From: Geosiphon pyriformis uo1 | Lineage: Eukaryota; Fungi; Glomeromycota | Length of the DNA: 64,000 nucleotides | Reading direction: 5' to 3' | Assembly (NCBI GenBank): GCA_016748015.1 | Contig: JAAOMT010000695.1 | Coordinates: 1-64,000, forward strand | Shown: positions 41,992 to 57,550 of the stretch, piece by piece | Position numbering within the stretch: position 1 is the stretch's first letter | How the letters are laid out: every line of letters begins with the position of its first letter | The notes under the pieces: model-generated | What the model saw: only the letters and a program-made list of their open reading frames with translations | Databases searched by the model: none | What the model was told of the DNA's origin: nothing | Translations under genes and position numbers: made by a program

Positions 41992-43575
41992 AAACCAGAT
42001 GATCAAATTCCATTTACGTAAAGTTAATATGAGTATTTGGTAAAAAAATCTTTTGAGTAACTTCCAAAGAATTCATGGTCAGGTCAAAAATGATTCAAAT
42101 TTCTCGAGAAAATTTAAGTATATACTTGAGATAGCAAAAAAAATTCAGAAATATTTCAATTATAAAAAAATTATATCATATTTTGATCTAACGAAAATCT
42201 TATCAAGGGAAAAATATTTTTATGCTCTAATTTTGTCAAATTCCTACATTCTTCTTTTTAATATTAAATTTTTAGCGTGTACCCTTATTAACATATTTAT
42301 TAGCTGTTAAAATCCGGAATATTAGTTAAATTCAATGTTTTTTAAAAAATTTATCTGTTTTAAATAATAGGAATAATGGTAATATATAAATTTCGCTAAA
42401 AAGTATTATCGAAATATTTTATATTATCAAGTTTAATTTTATAAATTCGCATGCTAAATTGAAATTATTACTATTTTTAATTTTCGAAATAATTTGAAAA
42501 GTCTCAATCTTATATATTATTAAAATAATAAAATGTGAAATGTGTAAAACTTAAGATATAAACCTGAAAAGTTTTATCTACATTGATAAGTTTGATAATA
42601 AATAATAACCACAATTGTGTTAGTTTACTCTAAAATTTTGTATTCTATACTTGTTTTTATATTGCAATTACACAGAATTTTTTATTAAAACAAGTTGGTA
42701 AAAAAATTCAAAAAAGGAGGCAGTTAACATGATGGTGCGGATAATTCAATTTTTATGTTGTTTGCACATCCAATGAATGGTATTTATTTTATTTATCAAT
42801 ATTTAGGCATTTTAATTTATTTGGCGTAATATTTGTAGATACAAAAATATAGTACCAGTAGTTAAATCCAATAAATATGGCTAATTTTTAATTTTTATTA
42901 ATAAGATCGCTTAAAATTTTGGCCAAAATTAAGAATTTATAACTAATGTCGGCCAAATTTATAATTAATGTTTAGCCAAGCTATTCAAAATTATTAATAC
43001 AATAATTTTCAATATATTTGAAATTTGAAGTAATGATCGTTGGTTTGCAAAATCACTTTCTGATGATATAATGCGAATTGTACAACAATTATCACTATTA
43101 TGTTACTTATATATAATAGTAAACACACCCCACCCCCAAATTTATTATGTAATACTTGCAACCCAAATTTCGCAGCAAAATATAAACAATTAATAGTATC
43201 ATTGTTTGCAAAAGTGGTATAATTTAGTAAGATCCAATGTTTGTAGTGATTTTCTTTGAAATTAACTATTCATTAACCAAAATATTGAATATTAGATAAA
43301 TAAATTGGAATATAGACCTCCAACTTTTAACATGTACAATTCGATAACCCCATCTAGGTCTCTCCTAATCAAGTCTACTATGCAAATAGATCGTATACTC
43401 AAAAAATTTTATTGAATAAATGTATTTTGAAGTTGAATTTGAAAATAGACTGCTTTGAAAATGGTCTTCACCTAAAGGAATTATTAAAATTTTACCCATT
43501 ACCCCAAGCTTTGGCTTATAAATAATAAATAAAATATAGGTTATCTTTAACAATTTCCTAAGCTACTTCGACCTT

Positions 43576-44274
43576 TCATCCACTGCTGATACGTGAATCA
43601 GTTACGACTTCACCCTCTGTAAGGTTAAAAAATCATGACGATTATTATGTTTAAACGCACCAAATAAAGTAATAAATGACAAACCTTCATTAATTTCTAA
43701 AGGTTGACCAGTAATCTCCTCATGCAATGCTGATGCTTTCTCTGCACTAGCACGTTTGGCATCTGGACTTCGACCAACTCGATGAGAAGCAGCAACCAGG
43801 GATGATCTATTCGGTTAAGATAAAAATAAAAGAATGGAGCTATAAAACGAGAGCTTCGCAATGATGAAAAACAAGGCTCTATTTTATATGAGGAATTATG
43901 TACAATTGCCGGGAAGAATCTGGATTTTTCTCAGAATCTTTAGCGGTCAATGATGGACCTTCCTCGAATTCATCTTCGCCTTCGGCAAAGATACCAGGGT
44001 TTTCACGAGTTGCAACAGTTGACTCACGAAGAATAGGGGGTGTCTTACGGGTGGGGGTTAAATCGATAGGCTCTTTTCAAAAGATTAAATTTTTAGTTAA
44101 TTTTCCTGCTGTAAACTTTTCCAAAAGACTATTTTACATGGTGGAATTTCGAAGTTTACCTTCACTTTGTTGATTAGGATCATATTCTTCGTGCCCATGT
44201 TCTTCGTTCAAAATGTAAAGGTCATCCTTTACAACACCTTCCTCAGTAGAATAGTCTTGGTCAGGAGCTGGCAT
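43576..44274 (-). CDS. Small acidic hydrophilic protein, 148 aa, 4 exons (44160-44274, 43904-44072, 43685-43806, 43576-43616)
   Basis: Four GC-richer exons with GT..AG introns splice to a 447-nt stop-free frame: MPAPDQDYSTEEG...SSLVAASHRVGRSPDAKRASAEKASALHEEITGQPLEINEEGEVVTDSRISSG*. Confidence 0.8.
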
Positions 44275-45074
44275 TTTTTATTTTGAAACGTTGGGCAATT
44301 TTAAGTGAGAGAATTCAAATTCTTTTTGAAAATAAATTGCTTTTTAAATAAATTATCGGGGATAAATCAACCAAATAGGTAGCGATTTAATAAAAATATG
44401 ATGTATTTTTTACGATAATTTGACGAAAGCATGATCGATTGTGTTGATAGATCGAGATGACTCAGTTTTACCGAATGTTGTGAAAAATATCTCATCAAAA
44501 AATATTTTTCACATGGGGATTGTCAATTTAAATTTTTTTTTGATATAATAATTTATAAAATCGAAAATATAGGTTATTTAACGATATTAATTGCTTTAAA
44601 AAAAGAATTTCACCCTTTTATTCAAAGGATTAATAACAAATCTCAGTTGTATTCTTTTATTACTTAATCTGTTAATAGGAATAAAAAATAGGTATTATTG
44701 AAATCTTTTAATTTTTTAAAAAAAACTAATCCATATTATTTTAATGTACTTGGTATAATCAAATAATATACATATATAAATATCAAAATTAATTATACAC
44801 GGAGTTATAAATCATGATTTTATTTATTTATTTTTCTACCTAATATAAAAACTTGGTTTTTGAAAAATAATTGTATTAATAAATTAAATTATATGATAAT
44901 ATTATGTTAGATTTTGTGCTCAGATAGTAAAATATTTTCAAAAAACTAATTCAATAAAAACTTAAATGATGACGCTATTTTTATTGGTTGGTTGCCAGGA
45001 AATGTGAGTGGTCTCTGAGAGAACAAGTCTGCAACACAAATAAAATAATTGAACTTTTAAATATATCTCTATTC

Positions 45075-46152
45075 TCATTGTCGTCTAGGAGTCTTTTTCT
45101 TTGATGACGTGTTTTCGACGCAAATTTTTACTCTTTGTATCATGCGCTTTCTTGATCCGCTATCTTTGTAAAGAAAATCAACTTCTGAATAAATTGAGCC
45201 GGATACCTTCTCTGCATGTCTGAAACTCATCCACGAATCAATATCCAAGTTCTGTGATTGCTGATTGATCGATTTTGTCGAGAATTCACTTCTAATTGAG
45301 TATTTCTGTTTGGAAATCATGGAATACTATAAATATACAATTCATTTTATATTTGAGAAATCGCAATAATTCCTTCGAAATTTTCTAAACGAACCTCCAA
45401 CTCGATGCTCAAGTTGTTTAAAGTGTCCATTCCTTCCGATATCACTTCTAGAAATGATCAGCTCAATGTTCTATGGTTGCTAAATATATTCCAAAAAGGA
45501 TAATAATACCTGAAATGTTATACCTGGTAAGCATACATCTGCAACATTGTTAGGAAAATCATGTTTTGTATTGGTTCCACTGGGGATAACCTTCAGATTT
45601 TGCCGAGTGGTATTGATAATGCCAAGCTACATGTTACGGATTTGCCAATTAACTTTATACAAGATAAAATGACCGAAAGGATGCGAATATATTATAAAGC
45701 GTTAAAACTCAACATTTGCTTTGTACCAAAGTTTTTATCATGTCTGCTTTTTCCTCAATATTGTCTTTTGATGGTCCATCTTTTTTTTTTTGCATAAAAT
45801 TCACCAGCTTTTTTGGCGAACAAGCCAAGACCGGCTGAGGAATGCGACTAAGATCAAATGATTTCGACCCACGCGTTTTCTGTATATTACTTTCGTTCAA
45901 TTCTAATGGAGAAAAGGCTCTAGAAGATCTTGGTGGTGTTGGCTGAAAAATTTTTGCCGTTGTCCAAGGATTACGATCACCCTCGATAATAGCTCTCTTC
46001 TTTATTAATTCTTTGTCCATCAATTTTCTTTGATCATAGATAAATTCTAAAATCAAAGCCTCGCGTACGGCTTCTTGTTCTCCAAAGCTCGAAGAGTATT
46101 TTTGAAGATTTTTCTTTGTAAGAGGGGCTGATTTTGGTATTTCTAATGTCAT
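45075..46152 (-). CDS. Hypothetical multi-exon protein (3' exon structure uncertain)
   Basis: ATG-led 147-aa ORF with coding-like composition; further exon-like blocks at ~45510-45627, ~45395-45470 and ~45075-45325; no recognised domain. Confidence 0.5.
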
Positions 46153-47466
46153 GAGTTTTGGAAGTTGTGAGAATAGAACAATATTTGATTAGATTCTAAA
46201 TATAGATAACAATATTAACCTTTGTCGTAATTGATATCATTTTTGATGACAATTGAGCATATACTATCAAAAAATTGTGAAGCACATGATTTCTTAGCAA
46301 AGGATTTATAATATGATATCATTTTGTGAATCTGAGATAATGGGTACCATAAATTATATGTTAAAAATTTTAAAGTAAAAAATTTCAAACTACAGTTACT
46401 TGTAATTTTTATATTTTGAAGCACGTATAAATCTAATAGAGTTACTATTTCAACAAAAATTAAATTAGTAAAAACTTTAGGTAGTCAGAGGTTATTATTA
46501 ATAGAAATTGAGGTAAAAAAACCTTTGTTTTAAAAATTGAAGTAACTCTGTTTTTGGGATTAGATGTTGTTGAGGTGATTGTACCAGTTAAAATATTATC
46601 TGGAATCCAAATAATACGAGTGAAAAATTCACAATCTAGAGGTAAACAGTCAAGGTAAAAAAATGTGGTATAAATTATATTGAATCCCAATTACCAAGTT
46701 AACAAGCAATGGTTTTGCGCAAAGATACAAAGCAGTAAAAGGCTATTAAAAATTTTTCCAACATTTAGAATAATGTTAAAAAAAAAACGAAAAGAAGAAT
46801 TGAATTTTTAAGAATCCCACACCTAAATTTGATAAAGTTGAATATTCAAAGATTGATTTTTGGTAAACCTCACCCAGGTTGCATTAGAGATATAAATTAT
46901 CCAAGTTTCTTTAATAATAAAAGTGAAACCTAAATATTTGTTGTTGCTAACCCCTTAACCTTTTTAGGCTGTTTGAAAAGAGAAATAATAATATATAGAG
47001 CTTTTTTGCAATAGCTTGTACAAATTTTCCAAGCAGCAGACTACTCATCGTGGATAAAAGTTTTACAAAGAATGATCTACATTTTTTCTGCAAAATATTT
47101 TTCTTTATAACTTTAAAAAATAATTTAATTGCTCAACCCCTTTCTGTGAAACTCGTTAGTTCAGATAAGAAGCTTCTGAAATTTGAGCATTATCAAGTAA
47201 ATCAATTTAAAAATCTAGCTATAGCTTCTTTTGGGTGACAAGGTTTTTCTCAAGGAAATACCTTCTATTGAACGTTTTCATGGTAAACTTTTAGCTAACT
47301 GATCATATAGGAGCAAAAGTAACAAAAAGGGTGGATATCATTTAATTTATATAAAGAGAGATACATAATTTTAAAATGATAAAGAAGATTACGATGGAAG
47401 TGATGACAATATAGCCAAAGATAAAAAATTAGCCATTAAAAACTTCCAGCAATATAATCGTTTTTC

Positions 47467-47467
<1 letters not shown>

Positions 47468-47513
<46 letters not shown>
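47468..47513. repeat. (TAA)15 microsatellite
   Basis: Perfect trinucleotide run. Confidence 0.95.
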
Positions 47514-47514
<1 letters not shown>

Positions 47515-48315
47515 GCTACTCTCGTACCACTTTTCTCAATCTATTTTCTATTATGATTTTCAAATAAATCATTAAAACAGCCACACACTTGGTTCAAATT
47601 GGTATAGAAACACTCAATATCAAAGAATAATATCATTATGCGTATCATTGAAAATCTCCCATTATATTATACTGATTTTTTATCACCACGCTCAGCTGTC
47701 TGGCACGAGATCACAATTAAAGTAGGTTTAATTTGAGTGCCGTGGGAAATATGTAATGTAAAACTTGGATGACCACCGAAAATCGCTCCTTAACAGGGTT
47801 GAATGAATGTGGATTTCGGCTAGCGACGACGGTTCAATTGTTAAATTTGGTGTGCTGGTAAATTACGTGTATGACGGAATAATAAATGTACGACATCATT
47901 CTCAAGGGGTTTGCTGTTATTAATGCTACTTATCAGATTTTTATAAATCCAATGTATAGAGTGATGTCATTAGTATTCTATCACGTTTAACGGTGGGAAA
48001 TAAGATTATGCGCATGATCAATTGGATGGTAAAAGGGAGGCAAAATGCGAAATGTAAATATACATAAAGAGAGGCTGTCTGAAAGTTGGATATAGAAGTC
48101 TCAAAATCTGATGCTTTTAGGAATTTAAAATTAAGAAACCCTTAGACAAATCCCATTTTTTATCATTTTATTCAAATTACAAAAAGTCTTCTCCCTCTTG
48201 ATTTAATTCGGATCGAGATTCCACTTTTGAGATCTTTGTAATAGTTTTCAGGCGTGTAGACTCGTCAATAAACGATATTCACACATATTGAGAAATTTGA
48301 TCCCGACCAAAAAAA

Positions 48316-50009
<1,694 letters not shown>

Positions 50010-51231
50010 TTTTTTATGCCACAATGATCGATTTTTTATCATTCTTTAATACCTCTAAATTAATCCATTTAATTTTAAGCTAATAAGATATCCAGTGTTT
50101 GTCATTTGTCTATATATCAAACTAGATATTCTCAGATTCTTGGGAAATTCGTTAAAAAAAATTGTTTTTAATTTTTAATCAACTGTTATTTTCAGGATCA
50201 ATCTAATTTTAGATTATAATCTTTAAGATTTTCAAAGAAAACAACAAACAATTTATCATTATACGAATTTTGAAATTTCTCATCTATAAGCAAAATAGTC
50301 TCCAAGTTTGAAATTAGTTTCGGAAGAAACTAGATAATCCTGCTTCTTCTTTAGCTTCAAATCACAAAATCTTTCAAAAGTTACTTTATAATATAACTAG
50401 GTTATTAATTCGTAAAAATATTTAAAATATTATTTTTGTTTAATATAGAATCAATTAAAATTTTTTTTTCACATTAATTATACAAAATTCTTGTGCCAAT
50501 AAATCTTTCCAATGTTAAATGTTGCCCTTTCCTAATGAATTCACGTTTTAGGAAACGTGAATATTTAATAGTAAATATCCATAATTCCTAAAATATTTTT
50601 TTCGAACATTCTAAAGATAAAATTATTTCAAGATTGTCAATTTCACCTGGTTTTCTAGAGAATATTATTAGTTGGATTTGGAAACAATGATTCAAATTAA
50701 CAAATACTAATAATTAGGAAGATAAATTAACTTTTTGCTCTAATTCAGATTTCATTGATCCATGGAATCGGAAACAAAATGTTATTTCTTTGGGAAACTC
50801 AAAAAAATTATATAGTTTAAGTTTATAATTTAGATAATTTTCCTTCATTCGGTTGTAAAACTATCAGTTATTATTATTCTTTTATTTGTAGACTCAATAA
50901 GAAGTGGAGGGGAGGTCTACTCTTTTTTTAATAAGTTTAGGAATTTTTAAACTATTTATTATGTTTTTTGAAAGAATTTCAGTAAAAAAAAAAAAATGGT
51001 TACACTCAGAATACAATAATGAAATAATAATGCAAATTTGATCAGATAATTAAGACTCTTGACAATATATTTATGACTTTACTCACCCTTTTTAGAAAGA
51101 AATTGAAGAAAGTTTTAGGCGTAATTATCAGTTAACATTTTAATAATAATGATTATAAATATTTTTTTATAATTGAAATTTTGAGTTTATACATGTGAAC
51201 CGCCATACATTATGATCAAAAAATACCAAAC

Positions 51232-51276
51232 AATAATAATAATAATAATAAAAATTTGAATACCCTCCCACCCCCC

Positions 51277-51308
<32 letters not shown>
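51232..51308. repeat. (AAT)n and (ACA)n microsatellites
   Basis: Direct inspection. Confidence 0.9.
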
Positions 51309-51310
<2 letters not shown>

Positions 51311-51803
51311 ATAAAATATGACCCTATCGATAATTCATAAGCGAAAGGGTTCCCCGTGTGACCAACTTTCAAAATCATTAAAAAGGACGAGTTATTATTA
51401 CCATTATTATTATAATTTGACATGTGATCTTGATAATTGAACCAGGGGAAAGTATTGATAATTTATGACTGACCAACAATATGATAGGGTAAACAATTTA
51501 TTTCGTAAATCCTCTTGATTTATTTGATCAATCATGAGGTGTTTTAAAGAAATTATTATCCAGACACGTAAGACAATGAGTGATTTGAAAATTTTAAAAA
51601 CGTCTACAAGATTGGCAACGCAATTTTTATCAATCCTTGGGATGCTTTAAACAGTTTTTCTTTGAAATAATTTTGGAGAGACGATTGAACATTTTTTTTT
51701 TCAAAATTTCTCAATATCAACGCGTGTAATCAATCTTTTCAAGAAAAACAGCAACAGTAATCCCTCCTAATTTAATTTCAGCTAAAGAATTTTATCAAAA
51801 GTA

Positions 51804-52644
51804 ATGCGAGAAATTACAAAGGTATTTTAATATTAATTTCAGTAATAAAATGTAGAAATTTTTACGAAACAAATTCAATGAAAATTTTTGTGAATTTTAC
51901 CGCGTAAACGTGGTTATCATAAATAAATTACTCAAGTTTGAAACGATCGTTTCTGTAATACTTTAGAACGTTATTAGAGTTGCTGCTGCCAAGGAAACGG
52001 ATGGAATTCAAACTGATTATGGATCATTTTTGCCAATTCTAGCCGCTTCTTCTTTCTCTTCATCTGGTATAGGTAGTCAGGGCCTAATAAAATCAACCTT
52101 ATATGGTGGTAATAGTGGTGGCCATAAGTTTCAAACTTTATTTTCCTCATATCTCGGTATTCAAAATGTCATTTCACCAAACGGTACCACCCCTGCACGT
52201 CTTGCAAAAATTGAAACACGATTTTGCAACACAATCCATTCCATAAAGATGTATTGGTCAGATAATTCTTCAGTTAGTTATGGTGGGGAAGGAGGTTGGT
52301 TAAAAGGTTCTTTCGAATTTCGCGAAGGTGAACAAATAAGCGCGATCGTGATCCGGACGAATGGTATGCACTTGAAAGGGTTACAAATAACAACAACTGA
52401 ATGTCGACTCAGTCAACGATGGGGTTCCGTTGATTTTTCTGGCGATGAACAAGTGTTGAAGGCTCCAAGAGGATATGAGATTATTGGGTTACATGGAACT
52501 ATATATCAAGAACGGATCCAGAGCTTGGGAATCATTGGTAGTTGGGTTGATGCTATACCATTATTTCCGAGTGTTTGTACTGATGAAAGCGCTAATTCAG
52601 TTACCGAACGAGATGATGAATCAGAGGGCTCACATCAAATTTGA
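51804..52644 (+). CDS. Jacalin-like (beta-prism) lectin domain protein (exons 51804-51821, 51967-52644)
   Basis: STLYGGNSGGHKF, YGGEGG..SFEFREGEQI, LQITT..SQRWG, APRGYEIIGLHG..IQSLGI match the jacalin pattern. The short first exon is tentative. Confidence 0.8.
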
Positions 52645-53928
52645 TTCAAGTGTTTTATAAAATACTTGTTATATAAGCTAAACTAACAAAGAAAAATGTA
52701 TTTTTGATAATTATAATTTGGGTTTCTATGTAAATTGTGATAAATATTTGCTATGTAAAAATGGAATTCAAGTTTTTCTAGGCCTTAAATAAACGCGATA
52801 TTATATATTAACCAATCGAAGTCTAAGTATATTCCGGGATATAGTTTTTTTCACATAAAAAAAGATTATCAAAAATTGATTTGAACTTGGTTTTTTAAAA
52901 AATTCAAATATATCCATTTATTTAGGTCCAATTAATTTTATATTTATTTTGATGAAAAAAGTTCAGTAATAAATACCGCCAAGTAGATCAACTCATTTCA
53001 TAGGATAATTTTCAATTGTATGAAAGCTAACATTTTAAAATTCATGTTGAATCTCGGATTTTCGCCACAATTGGGAGTTTTTTTTTAGTAAAAAATTCGG
53101 AATAACAATCATTTCGATCGAACAACGCAACACATACTCCTAGGGACATCGTTTTGTGTTGCGAACGTGAGAAAATCTTTGTATATATGTGGGAACGGGC
53201 ACATATTTAGACATTATTAAACTGAATGAATTTTTATTTGTAAATAGAAAAAATGTAAAATCCAGTCACACAAAATACAGATTAATAATTTATTTAAACA
53301 AATCTATAGTTTTTCAAAAACTCTTATTAAAATCTAAAATCTAAAGAGAAATTTAAAGATAACGCTCGAATTATCATTTTTTGCTTTGGATTTTTCAAAT
53401 TTTTAGTTAAATTCTGCAAGTCTTACAATCAATAATTGAAGAAACATTATGTAATCTAATTGTATTTACATATTTAATAAATCACAATTTCGTCTACTTA
53501 AATTTAAAAGGGATGAGATAAGGATATTCAAAAAAAAAATGGGTGTTTTACTTAACAGATATGCGGAAATGAGAAGAATTTTTTTTATTGATCTCGAAAT
53601 TGTTTCAATATTACCCCCCTGATACTAAGGGAGGTTCCTGTGTCATACATTTATTTAAGAGGATAAAATTTGAATATCATTGACTTGGTCTGACGGGAAT
53701 AAAGCATTATCAAGAGCTTTAGATCTGCTAACTATAGAATAGTCTAAATTATTATTAAGAAACAATAGTTTCGATGCTATATATGAGTTTTAAAGTATTA
53801 AATTTTCAAAGATGAAAATTTGCTTCTCTAGAACTTTTTCATTAGGCTCTAGAAATTTCATTATCGCAAGTTATACCAGATAACCATTTTCCTTCAAACC
53901 TTATTCTCCTTAATTTTTTTAAAAAAAA

Positions 53929-55447
53929 TTAATGGCCATTACCACCCTTAACTTGATTTACAAACGGTGGAAAATCTTGAAGTTGTTCGCAGTTTTGTGG
54001 ACTACCCATCGTCTCCCCAAGATAAGGACCCCGAAACGAAGCTATTCTTTCATCGATATCCGCTTGCATTGCCAAAAGACAATACTTTGAATTAAGAATT
54101 TTTTCAAGGTTAGAATAAATTCTTGATCACAAAATACATTGCAAACCCCAAAAAAATTGCCCAAGAGCTATATACCTGGGATTCATAATTGGGAACTTGA
54201 TAGGGTTCCTTGTTGGGGAAACATTCATACACAATAGGAGGGTTTTGTGGATCGTCTAAGCAATCACATCCTTCGGCAAATGGAATCCAAAATTCTTTAT
54301 GATGGTGTACGTATCTAGATAAGATACCTGTTGCTGGGGATCTAGGATAGGTTGGTGCAATATCGGCTCCAAATGTAATTCGATAAAGATTGGGAAGTTG
54401 TTTGCTTACATATTCACCAAAAAAGTCAATCCCAAGACGAAATTGGCCAAATGTGTAGACAGTAATTGGAAGTTCAGGAATTTTTCTACGGTAATGCAAG
54501 GCAAGGAATACTGCATGACCTGGAAATTATAATTTGAGATTCGTTTTGAATTTTTTATTGGTATTTTGTAAATTAGAATATCTAAAAGATAATTCGAAAA
54601 CAAACCAGCCCCGAATCCATGTCCGACAAATGTGATACGCTTTCTTTTTTTAGGTTGAGCTAATTGATCGTCCACCATTTGAATCAACCGGTTTTCAGCT
54701 TTTAGATATTCGTCATATAATTTTTGATGGACGTATAAACCTTTAACTATATACGGGCTGACTTCGGTATCAAAAACGGTCGAATCATTTATATTAAAAT
54801 CGGGGCCTTTAACTCGAATGAACACAATAATCTCATTATAGGGAGTCAAAATCGCCTTAGCTATATTTCAAGATTTTGTGGTATATTGAATTATTTGAAA
54901 CGCAAAATTAGAAAAATTTTCAAAATTTTCAAAGAGGTTTACCATAGTCTCCTATCGAAATCTGATCTTGCGATGAGCTCAAACAATAGGCTCGATTCGC
55001 AAAGTAGGCATATTTCTTGAAATCCCAGAGTACCCTTTGATTCTTGATCTGAATTCGATAGTCCTCTGGGTTCTCGCCTGCAGGTGTTTCAGGTAAAATA
55101 TTACGTTTGAATATTTTAGTTGAACGAATTTCGCCAAGAACTTTTGATAATTTAAAGGCAAATTGAGGTATCACCAATGTTTTATTAAAAATAGTGAAAT
55201 TATGATTTATTTTAAAATTTTTTGATAGATTGAAGTTTCCAAAATCATGAAAACCTGACTCTAAGAAACGATCATGATCCTTAATTTTCTTATGAGCAGC
55301 CCAAAGTTCATGGAAATTTGAAACGAACAAAGAAAAAAGAATTATAATAAAGAATAAAGGAATATAAATTTTTTGTATCAAATAATTATCTTTGACCATT
55401 TTTTGATTAAATTTTTTAAATTCCAACGAGTACAATTTCCCATTCAT
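53929..55447 (-). CDS. Class-3 lipase-fold protein F, Ser>Gly and His>Phe
   Basis: TM-like IPLFFIIILFSLFV, FKRN, ANRAYC, RVKGP, FVGHGFGA, TFGQFRLG, ADIAPTYP, GCDC, last exon YCL..ASFRGPYLGETMG..NC. Confidence 0.85.
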
Positions 55448-55620
55448 GTTTTAAACAAGAGTTTTTAGAAAATTAGCAAGCTTTTTTATTATTATTATTA
55501 TTATTTTTATAATCACTTTTTTATTTCGTGGGAAATCGATAAATTAGATTATTAGTGATGGGGTAAACTTAATTAAACTCAAATATTTATCATTCCCTTT
55601 TAATATTTCAAACCCGAGAT

Positions 55621-55695
55621 ATATTAGATATTAGATATTAGATATTAGATATTAGATATTAAATTTTAGATATTAGATTTTTAGATATTAGATAT
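55621..55695. repeat. (ATATTAG)n heptamer tandem repeat
   Basis: About 10 units, some degenerate. Confidence 0.9.
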
Positions 55696-56036
55696 ACTTT
55701 GTTTCCATTAAAAGATGGTATCGCCATCTTTTAATCTTTATAAATATTTTAAATATGAAAAATAAATAGTTATGATGCTCCTTATATTGAATTTTTTTTT
55801 AATTTACGATAAATCTTTAATAAAATTCATGAATACTTAACAACATTCCTATATTTTTCTTTTCATGGCCAAAATTTTGATTTTCAAAAATTAATGGTCA
55901 TAAAAAAAATATCAGTATAATAAATTAAATACTACTACATTTAATTATAAGAGTTCATTCAAAAAAAAAAAAAAAAATTTTTGGAGTGATATGATCAAAA
56001 AATTCACCGTTGTGGATGCTCAAGCAAAAATAGCAT

Positions 56037-57550
56037 TCACAATGGTGGAAAATCTTGAAGTACTTCACAATTTTTCGGCATCCCCATCGTCTCCCCAAAA
56101 TAAGGCCCCTGAAATGAATCCAATCGCTTTTTTAAATCTGCTTTCTTTCCATTAAGGCAATACTAAAATTTTTAAAAAAAATTTGAACAATTTGATCTCA
56201 AACATATCTTTCTTTCGGAAATAGAAAACACAAAATTGAAAATTATATCCCTACTTGTGATTCATAAGATTTATGCGCAAAAGGATATTGCTCAGGCAAA
56301 CATTCAAACACGGTAGGAACGTCTTGCTCATCGTTAAGACAATCACATCCTTCCGTAAATGGAATCCAAAATTCTCTATGATGTTGTACGTATTTAGGTG
56401 TAACAGTATTTTCATTGTTCAGGGGATAGGTCGGTGCGATATCGGATCCAAAAGTGATTCGATAAAGATTGGGAAGTTGTGTGCTTACGTATTCACCAAA
56501 AAAGTCAATTCCAAGACGAAGCTCACTGAATGTATAGACAGAAATTGGAAGTTCAGGAATTTTTCTACGGTAATACAAGGCAAGGAATACTGCGTGACCT
56601 TTTAAATCAATTTGTAAACTTTTATTTTATTTTATTTTATTTAAAAAATGTGGGATTCAAAAAATTTAGAAATAAATAATAAGTGATAATTCAATAACCC
56701 ACCAGCTCCAAATCCGTGTCCAGTGAATGAAATTTTTGTTCTATTTTTGGCTTGATTCAATTGAGCGTCAACAAGCTCAATCAATCGTTCTTCGGCATTG
56801 AAATATTTGTGATAAAATTTTCGATGTACATATAAACCTTTAACTGGATAAGCACTATAATCCGGGCCAAAACCAGTGCCAAAAATATCCGGATCATATA
56901 TATTAAAAGTTGGACCTTTGACTCGAATGAATACAATGACTTCATTATAGGGAGTCAAAATTGCTTGAGCTAAGTTTTAAATTTTTTGGAATGTATAAGC
57001 AATAAAATTTTATTGGAATTTTCTTAAACTGGCAGAATTTTGAATTTCTGAAATGGGAATTACCATAGGCCTCCTTTGAAAGTGCATTCTCGGGTGAATT
57101 TAAACAATAAGCTCGGTTCGCAAAGTAGGCATATTTCTTGAAATTATAAAGTACCCTCGGATTTTCAATTTTAATTCGAAAATTTTCAGGTTTTTCGCCT
57201 TGAGGTAGTTGAGGTAAAGATCCACGCTTAAAAATTGTAACTGGCAAAAATTTATTAATATTTTTGGAGGTCCTATATTCGTAATAATTTTTTGTTAATG
57301 TATAATTAAGTTTGGCAAGATTGCTTGGTCGTTGTAGAAATATTGATCTATTTTGATTCCTAATATTATTATTAAAATCGGTCTCCTGGAATGTTTCATG
57401 ATTTCCAAATTTTTTTTCGACCTTTAAAAATGCGTTAAAAGATGAAACTAAAAAAAAAATTAAAAGAGCGGTAAGAAAGAAGGAGAGAAAGTTTTTTCGA
57501 ATCACCAAATTTGTTTCAAAAATTTTGTTATTAAATATTCGAAATGACAT
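56037..57550 (-). CDS. Class-3 lipase-fold protein G, Ser>Gly and His>Phe (tandem paralog of F)
   Basis: TM-like FLSFFLTALLIFFLV, FKRG, ANRAYC, RVKGP, FTGHGFGA, SDIAPTYP, GCDC, last exon YCL..DSFQGPYFGETMG..NC. There may be a 1-bp loss just before the stop compared with F. Confidence 0.85.

Noticed and set aside
43898-44173. Plus-strand 91-aa ORF
   Set aside because: Antisense shadow of the spliced minus-strand gene; other antisense ORFs over AGO, HPD, the kinase and the lipase-like genes were rejected likewise.
1461-44465. Several TGAGTCA/TGACTCA (AP-1/Gcn4-like) sites
   Set aside because: A handful is expected by chance in 64 kb.
51187-51423. Poly-Val/poly-Ile ORF
   Set aside because: Artefact of (ACA)n/(AAT)n microsatellites; the same applies to ORF 4017-4253.
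55621-55695. TTAGATA repeat as interstitial telomere or CRISPR-like array
   Set aside because: Not TTAGGG and there are no spacers; it is a simple minisatellite.
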